From: the human T2T-CHM13v2.0 reference genome, Homo sapiens
Reading direction: 5' to 3' (one strand)
Length of the DNA stretch: 64,000 bases
Assembly: GCF_009914755.1 (NCBI RefSeq)
Contig: NC_060935.1
A model generated the notes under the pieces. It did not search any database and was not told the DNA's origin. It saw only the letters and a list, made by a program, of their open reading frames with translations. How positions within the stretch are numbered: position 1 is the first letter of the stretch; every line of letters begins with the position of its first letter. Below, piece by piece: positions 55,082 to 64,000 of the stretch. Both the position numbers and the translations under genes were made by a program.

Positions 55082-55155
55082 GGTTGGTTCTTGCTATCAA
55101 GTGGGAGGCAGAGCAGTGAACACTTAAACATTGTATGCAGCAGGCAGTCTGTGGT

Positions 55156-55328
55156 GAGGGCCAGATTCACGGGTGTGTGAACTCTTTAGTCACCCAGAGC
55201 CCTGCACTCAGAGGGCCCGTGTTTGGTTTGATGGGCTGTCACTATCTTGAAATTCTGAAAAAATTTTGAACCAAGGGCCCTGTATTTTCATTCTGCCTGG
55301 GGCCCCATAAAAGACGTAGCCTGTCCTG
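55156..55328. mobile_element. MER45A-like hAT DNA transposon fossil
   Basis: agggccagattcacgggtgtgtga...cttgaaattc...ggccctgtattttcatt...gtagcctgtcctg. Confidence 0.7.
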
Positions 55329-55559
55329 GATACGATGAAAGACTTTTGCTCTCCAGCTTCCATTCTGCCTTTTCCCTTGAGTAACAACAGTGTGGTTTGG
55401 GGAACTGATCTACACTCAAGGTGCCTGAGTGACCTAAGGGTGACCTCATCCCCTGAGCCAATGAGTGTTTCAGGAATGAGCAGGTGACCCAGTTCAAGCC
55501 ACTGAAACTCCATGGGAAGATTTCCAGAAGTTTCTGGAAAAAATTGTTATTTGTTTTTA

Positions 55560-56191
<632 letters not shown>

Positions 56192-57879
56192 TAATACTGA
56201 GCAATGGAAGCCAGTCTGTCTTGACCATTCAGTGAACAAGCACATGGTCCACAGTGCTGCTAGCAGCCACCCTACAACAAGGGGAAACTGGCCTGAGTAT
56301 GGCAGAGCAAAACCAGGATGAGAATCTGGGTCCTTGATGATACTGCTGGTCTCTGGAGCAGCCAGCCCTGAGGCCCACCCTACCTCTGGGCTTCCTTTTA
56401 TGTGACACAATATATGTCCCAGTACTTGGTGTTAAGTTTTCTGCTAATTACAGCCAAAAGTATCTCCACTGACGCAGAATCAGATCAACCTCATTTTATA
56501 ATAAATCTTGATTCTACCACTTACAGCAGTACATCTTTGGGGAAATCCCATTTTCTCTCCTCCACTAGAAAATGAAGGCAAGAAATTACACTGTATTAGA
56601 CTGTAGTGAGTGTCAAAGGCTGTAATCTTAGTGAAGATGCCTGGACAGTGCCTGGCACATAGCAGGGGTTCACTCCGTGATAGGTATTATGATGATGATA
56701 ATGTTCGGCCCTAACAGCTGTCTGCCACTGTGTTTCTGGTGATGAGTTGGTTAGGAGCTGAATTTCCCAACTGTAAGAAAAAAACAGCAGAAATCATTTT
56801 TTAAAAAGGTGTCTCTTGGCATAAATAGCAATGTATCACTATACTAATAGAATTTAAAGAATTTGACAAGCAAATTCAATCACTTTGTATGTTACAGAAG
56901 CAGTAAGTTGGTCAGTTGCCCTCTCGGAAATCTGGACATTCCCTGGTCACCCATAACATTGGGGCTTTCCTCTTTATGAATGCTAACTGCTAGGTTCACT
57001 TACACAGGCTGAGAGGGCAAAGCTGCGATTTTGCAAAATTAAAAGTAATTTCATACACGTCACCGCTGATACAAACCCTAGTTTCTTTCTGTTCTTATTT
57101 GAGTAAACTTCTAAATCTTAATTCTTATCCTGTATTCTAACTCTGATCTCTTGACATTTCCAGCTTTTTCCCCTTCTCTCCCAACAAAACAAAACAGAGC
57201 AAAGAGCGTCAACTGAGATTTGTGTGATTTCAGCTTCAGAGTTGGATGTCTGAGTGTAGAATAAATTCTAATTCACTGGTGATGGGTAATGCACAAATTC
57301 TATCCATCAGCATTTTAGCTATTTTTACTTAAAAAAAAAAAAGTGTGTATGTATGTGTGTGTGTGTGTTAGTAGTAGTAGTTTTCCTGTTGCCCATAACC
57401 TGGACCTCTTTGAGACTGGATAATTCCAAGCGAATCAGGAAATTCCAGTTGGGTATACTTGTGAGATGATTTTTGCCTTTCCTTATTTTCCATATTTTCA
57501 GGGAAGGAAAATGCAGGAGAGCTGGAGTCTGTTAGTGACTTGACAAACTCCCACCCAAGTGTGGGAGTTTCCTAAAGATGACACCAGTTGTGCTGGAAAG
57601 ATTGTGAAAATGCAGATGCTTTCACACACTCCTCCATGTCAGTTTAAAAACTGTTTCCATATGGACCTCTCACATAGCCATGGGAGGAATGTTCCAGAAG
57701 GTCACCTCCCTGCCCTTCCATGGCTCCGTGCTACCCTCAAGTCCAAGTTTCTTAGCCTGGCATTCAAGGTCCATTAAGATCTAGTCCCTTTTACAGCCTT
57801 GTCAGTCACTGTATCCCTTATATTAAGGATCCTGTCCCAGCTACACTGAACCACTTAAAATTTCTCCAATAAGGCAAAG

Positions 57880-58690
57880 AAAAAAAAAAGCAATTAACAA
57901 CTCCAAGAAAATAAATGAAGGCATGTACAAGAAAAGAGGAATAGTTACAGTGCACTATTTGGCTCAGGAGGAAAAGAAATAAAAAAAAAAAACAACCCCA
58001 AAGCCCATATATTACATAATTATATAACCAATGACTACCTATTTAACAAAAATGATTATAATATTATGATAGAGTTCTATCGGGGAGGGAAAACGAGAGA
58101 GAAGGTAGTGTGGGAATCTTCTTCTATTGCACAAAGTCAACAGATAATGTATAAAATTAATAAATGAAAAATAGCAGTACATGCATGTTATTTAGAAGCA
58201 TGGAGGTAAATGGCAGAAGAAACAGGTAGAAGAGATTAGAGTTCCTGTCTCCTGGGGAGTGAGACTTGGGAGTGGGGAGGGATGGGGCAAAGAACTGACT
58301 TTTTTTTTTTTTTTTTTTTGAGGCAGAGTCTTTCTCTGTCGCCCAGGCTGGAGTGCAGTGGCATGATCTCGGCTCACTGTCTCTGCCTCCCGGGTTCAAG
58401 CGATTCTCCTGCCTCAGCTTCCTAAGTAGCTGGGATTACAAGTGCATGCTACCACGCCTGGCTAATTTTTGTATTTTTAGTAGAAACGGGGTTTCACCAT
58501 ATTGGTCAGGCTGGTTTCAAACTCCTGACCTCATGATCCGCCCGCCTCGGCCTCCCAAAGTGATGGGATTACAGGCATGAACCACTATGCCTGGCCAGAA
58601 ATGATATTTTTTATTATAAACCTTTTACTAAAATGTAACTTTTAAAATTTTGTACACATATCACTTTCATTTAGAAATAATTAAAAATAA
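57880..58690 (+). mobile_element. Old L1M fragment split by an Alu
   Basis: A-rich, with gcatggaggtaaatggcagaaga...cctctggggag-like and ttttaaaattttgtacacatatcacttt end segments. Confidence 0.45.
58300..58596 (-). mobile_element. Alu (AluSg-like) inside an old L1 fragment
   Basis: T20 tail followed by a reverse Alu body. Confidence 0.92.
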
Positions 58691-59872
58691 AGGTGTTTTT
58701 TGTTTTTTTTTTTTTGCCACAGAGGCATAGCTTTAACATGAGATTTGACGTTAATATTATAGACACTTTGAAAAAGGACACAGTAAACAGAGCTGCAGGG
58801 TGGTATTTTACAGATCAAGATAACTTGTTTTCTAATGTGGTGAACACCAGTGATTAGGAGAACCATCTGGAATCCATCAGTGACATGGGCTTTTGAAGCT
58901 TTTAGAAATGTTTATTTACCTGGCTTTGCGTGATTTTCTAGGTTTGAGAGATAAAGATTAAAATCTTTATGATACTGTACATTTTTGTTGCTTGTTATAA
59001 AGCATTAATGCTGACCAAAATATGTTTTTTGTACAAACAATTAAAATGTTTTTCTTTGCTTGCTGTGCACTAATATTCAGTGAACTATTTGCTTGTAGTC
59101 CATGTATGAGCATGATGTTGGAATTCCTTCACATGGATTATTTTGCTGTATGTTTGGAGCTTGTTTCTGATGAATAATTTGCTTGCATGCATTGTGGCTA
59201 CTACACAGGAACTGATTCAATGTTAAAATAGTTTGCTAGCTGCTGTGTGCCATTTTTTAACTGATATATTTTTGCTTTGTCTACATGGATTGCACAGCAA
59301 TTTATTTCAGTTTATTTTCAAAGAAAAGGACCAATGATGTGTTATTTTTATATTAGAAAAAAATGCAGACAAAATTTGTAAGGAAAGTAGCTGGCTCTAC
59401 TCCACCTCTTCTCTCATTTTTCTACTAAAGATAATTAAGCAGGTGTCAAGAAACATTAGAACATGGTTGCTAAGGGATGTAAATGAGAAAAAGTTTATAC
59501 AGGTCAAAAATATAAAAGAAATATCTAGGGGATGGAATGGGACTTGAAGAGTGGCTAACAGAGGCTTTTCTTATAGAAGATGTTATTCAAAATAGAGGAG
59601 GTTTCGTACCTCCCTTTGCTCAGCGTCAGGCTGGCTCCATCTCAAAGCGCTTATTCAACCCAGACACACATGAATGACACTCATGCACCTGTGTTAAGGC
59701 AAAGGGCTCTTCACTTTGAAGCCCCAGAAGATGTGTGTAAAATTTTCTGCCAGTTTTGCTAACCATGTCCTTCAAGTCAGGAACCATGTCAAAACACAGA
59801 ACCTGTCAGAGTTGGCACTCAACCAGGCTCCACTTTCTCCCTTCCATCCTAAAAGGAAGAAAAGCATCCTGT

Positions 59873-59895
59873 TCTCTCTCTCTCTCTCTCTCTCT
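59873..59895. repeat. (TC)n microsatellite
   Basis: Direct reading. Confidence 0.9.
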
Positions 59896-62800
59896 TTTAA
59901 TTACACTCAATCTAAAGCAATCCTTGGTGATAGCCACAGCTTCCATTTCAAACTTCCCGACAGCCCAAGGGTATGTTGTAGCCCACTAAGTCTGTCCTGC
60001 TGGGATCCCTTAAGCCTCTTCCAAGGAGACCACCAAACCCACATCTCCCTACTGCCTACTGGTTCCTGCCAACTAAAGACATAGTCCTGTGGTAGGGTCA
60101 CTGTCTTCTGTGAAGCTGTCACCAACACCACCACCCATCCCTAGACTACCCCAGCAAGACCCCACCTTCCCCGTCTCCTTACTCTGCAGCTCTTTAAACA
60201 GAGCAGCCCCTGGGGGTCCCCGCTCTGACTACAGTCAGAATTTGTGTGCCCTGGAGCAGTTTCCTGGAAGGAGATTAGGAGGACCAGGGCTGTCCTACCC
60301 AGCTTGCTGGAAAGTTTTGAGAGGGCAATATCATACGTTAAGAAGCAAAAAATACACCGCCACCCCATGGTCTTAACACTACAGGTATATATAAAAGCCT
60401 GGAAGGAAAAACACCATTCTGCCACTAGTTCCTAAGGTAACAACTCTCAATATTTAAGTGTATAATAAAGCTAAATCAAAACAACAAGGAAATAGGTCAA
60501 AAATCTGCAAGGTGCTTGACGGAATAGATTCCACAGCCTTGGAATACACAAGAACTCACTATATAATTAAAAAGGGATAAAGTGGGGGGTTACAAGTCTG
60601 GGCTTTAGAATCAGATCCACATAGGTTCAAATTCCAACTCTTCCATTTGCTAGCTGTGTGACTTTGTACATATTATATCACTTTCAAAATCTCGTTTTTC
60701 TCACAATTAAACCTAGTTTATAATTATGTAATAAATTGTTGTAAGGATCAAATAACAAAATATAAGGGACTACCAAACAAGTACTGATTGGGTGGAGCAG
60801 GCTTTAAAGTGACATGGACCTGGATTGATCTAGGTGCCATCACTTACTAGTTGGAAAGTCTCATTTCACTTTTCTCATCTGTAAAAGGGAGTTAATGGCT
60901 ACATTTATGAAAGGGGAGATCTGTGAAGGTGGCATGAGCCACTTCCTACAGTTTTGTGTCTGCATCTTGCAGAATGAAAAATGCACTGGCAGAATGAACG
61001 AGAGCAGAGTGAATTGTGAACCTCATGGCTGGGCCCGGAGTCTCTGGAAACCCACCCCATCTGTGCTCTGGCAGGTACCTCCCTGCACCTGCAGCTGGGC
61101 AGCTCACCATGCAGAGAAGGGAAGTCCATCTCACCCTCAGAATGCTCATTATCCACCCTTTGGCCCCATTTGCCTATAAATCTGGACCCATCAAAAGTTG
61201 CCTATAAATTCAGATCACCTTGCCTTCTGCTAGGATATTCCAGACACTCAAGGAGGGTGAACACGGCTGTCAGCTGAGGTTGAAATAGGACAAAGCAACA
61301 GCAATCAAACTGCTTCCATGTGCGGCAGGTAATTACAGAATCGGCTACATTACAGTGATTACGCATTGCCAAGGAGAAGTCAAAAGAAGTCTCCAGCAAC
61401 TTCAGAGGTGGGAGGGGGAAAGTTTAATTAAACAGCTCTTTGCAACTGATTTAATCTCTCTCTCAGAAAAACTCACAGGTTCAGAAGAGAGACAAGAAGG
61501 AGAGAGGGCTAGGGAAGGGGAGCCAGGGAAATCCTCCTACAATGGGGCTGCCTAGGTCTTTAAATGGTTCTTGGGGACTATGTGATGAAATGGGAGCTGG
61601 TGGCCTTTATTATGGAAATGTAAGACTTAAGCTAAGGATCAGGGCCCCCGGGGGAGATGGTAAAGAGGGAACCTGGTTATAATGGTTTTTAATATCCTGC
61701 TGGGGCTGGGTCCACTTGCATAAATACAGCCAAGCCAAGCTTCAGGTGGCTGTAGATTTTCTCTTCAAGGATTTATTCTCTTGTGTCAAAAGTTCACCAC
61801 CTCCAGACTCTGTCATTTTGGTGCAAAATGTGCCTTTTTTAGCCACCAAACATTGAAAACAAAGCCTTCTCTGCTGGGAGCCTATTTTACCAGCAAAAGT
61901 TTCTTTGAAGACTAATTAAATTAAGATTCTGGACAGAACAGAACCCGTTGCAATTGTGGGGTGGAGGACAGAGGACTGAACAATTTAAACTGGTTGGGGC
62001 AGCTCTGTGCCTCCGTCCTAAATGAATTTAGATTTTACCATGGGTGCTTTACAGAGAGGATGGGCTTCTGCAGACTACAGTTTGCTGCTGGGCTTGTGGT
62101 CCCCAAGGGAAAATGGTGCTCAGACTATAGTTAATGTCCTGGTTAAATGCTAAGCTTGTGACCTTGGGCAGCTTATAAAACTTTTGTGGGTCTCATTTTC
62201 CACATCAGTACAAGTGCCTACTTGCTCTGGGTACCTTACGTTATTTTGATATGATGGAGTAATATTGAGATTAAATGTGAATGACTTAGAAAGGAAGAGA
62301 AGCTAACTGATCAATGTTCCGAAAGCTCTGTTTATGCCATTATCCTACTCAGAAACCTTCTGTGGCTCCTCATTGTCCACTGAATATGGTCAAGTTTCCC
62401 CTTGATTAGAGAGTTAGCTGTAGTGTAGTAAAAAGGGAAAGGAACTTGGAGTTAGTCTTGCACACATAGGCAGGTCCCTCCACCTGAAACAGTTTTCCTC
62501 CCTTCTCCAAAGGGCTAAGTGTTACTCATCCATTAGCTGTGTATGATCTTGACAATGACTTATCCTATCTGAGCCTCGGTACGCTCACCTATAAATGAGG
62601 AAAATACAAAGCCTCAATGTCAGGATCCTGGGGAAGATGAAATTCACCCACCCATGTGAACTGGCCCGGGCCACAACAGGTTCTCAATGGAAGTTTGCTG
62701 AATGTGACAAAGGTCACACTGCAGATTACCAGGCAAAGGACAGGAAATCTTATCCAAAAAATTTTGATTGTAACCTCAAAGAACATTTCAGATATTTTAA

Positions 62801-63854
62801 AAAGTAAGCGGTGTGGATAAGAGCCCTTTCTTCTGACTGTGGCAATGATTAAAACCAGGCCCTGAGCGAAGAAAAATTCGACACACTCTAACCCTTCAGA
62901 GGCAGGAAGCTATCGTTAAAAGGTCATCTTTTGGGCCCAGACTTCATACGGTCCAGGGGAAGGGTTCCAAATGGTTATGCTTTTCATTTTGCTGTGTAGC
63001 CAAGAGGATTGAGAATCCACAGGGCCTCATCTGTTGTTCCTTAAGCAAACATCTAACGTAATTTGAAATTTCACTTCATCATGTTGATGGCCGCCAGCAA
63101 CTCTTCCCCGGCCTGTTAACTCTCCCTTTTAGGTAGACTAGGGCACTTTTTGAGCAGCCAAAAAGGTGCCAGCTTGCTATGAATTCTCATGAGGAAAATT
63201 ACAAAACAGGCTGTGGAGAAGCGCCCTGTCCACGATTTCCCCATGTGCCTTGCAAGGTTTCTCTCTATCTCTCTTTCTTTACCTCAAAGCCAGTATTTTT
63301 AAAAGACATGCTACGTCTGAGTCCTAACAGCAGGCCCATATTAAAAAGAAAGGATATCCACAGCCTTGAAAGGAGGCTCAGCAAGAAGGGAGTTGGCTGG
63401 GCCCTGCGGTTTGTCTGACTCTAAAATACACAGCCTAAAGCACTGGTGTTTTCAGTAGTTGAATGCAAAAGAGGTGCAGTAGAAAATAAGTGGTAGGTAT
63501 AACATTTGCATCAAAGCATCTAAAAGTGAAGTCAGTAAATATTTACTTGCCACTGATCTCATAAGGAAGGAAACACCTTTATCAGCATCCACTGGCTTTT
63601 GGCAAATTGTCATCTTATTTAATCCTGACAAAATCAAGTGAAGTAGGTGTTATTGTTTCCGTGATAGAGTATCTGGTTAAGTGGCTGTCCTAGGCTCACT
63701 AAGCTGCTATGGGGTAGAGTCACAGTATGGAATGGTAAAGAGTACTAGTGGTTCTGAAATCAGACAGATCAGGATTTCCACCGGGGCTAGGTGTGAATTC
63801 AATTCTTTAGTGACCTTCAACCGGTTAATGAAACGCTGTGCTTTAGTTGCTTCA

Positions 63855-64000
<146 letters not shown>

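Noticed and set aside
59108-59175. Box C/D snoRNA-like motif pair (atgatg...ctga)
   Set aside because: Box C is imperfect, I see no recognisable guide sequence, and it lies antisense to the host transcript. An Rfam/snoscan hit would be needed.

Overview
Primate (hominoid, most likely human) genomic DNA, not prokaryotic. The whole window lies inside the teneurin-4 gene TENM4 (ODZ4) on the minus strand. It holds three coding exons with canonical AG/GT ends and matching phases: 35286-35541 (256 nt), 23234-23332 (99 nt, missed by the ORF track) and 21781-22016 (236 nt). They encode part of the proline-rich intracellular domain and most of the transmembrane helix. The rest is intron: a 5'-truncated old-type SVA retrotransposon (10365-12491), about 11 Alus, MaLR/ERV solo LTRs, hAT DNA-transposon fossils, MIR/L1/L3 remnants and microsatellites. 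Almost all listed ORFs are artefacts. I found no evidence of a new multi-gene system. The best leads are: (i) a frame-symmetric 99-nt exon with NOVA/RBFOX motifs; (ii) a possible TDP-43-type cryptic exon at a (UG)22 tract; (iii) an old SVA with a homogenised VNTR; (iv) three short non-tandem local duplications; (v) an Alu that lost its poly(A); (vi) a perfect 4-unit heat-shock element in an LTR. Repeat subfamily names come from recalled consensus sequences, and old-repeat boundaries are approximate.
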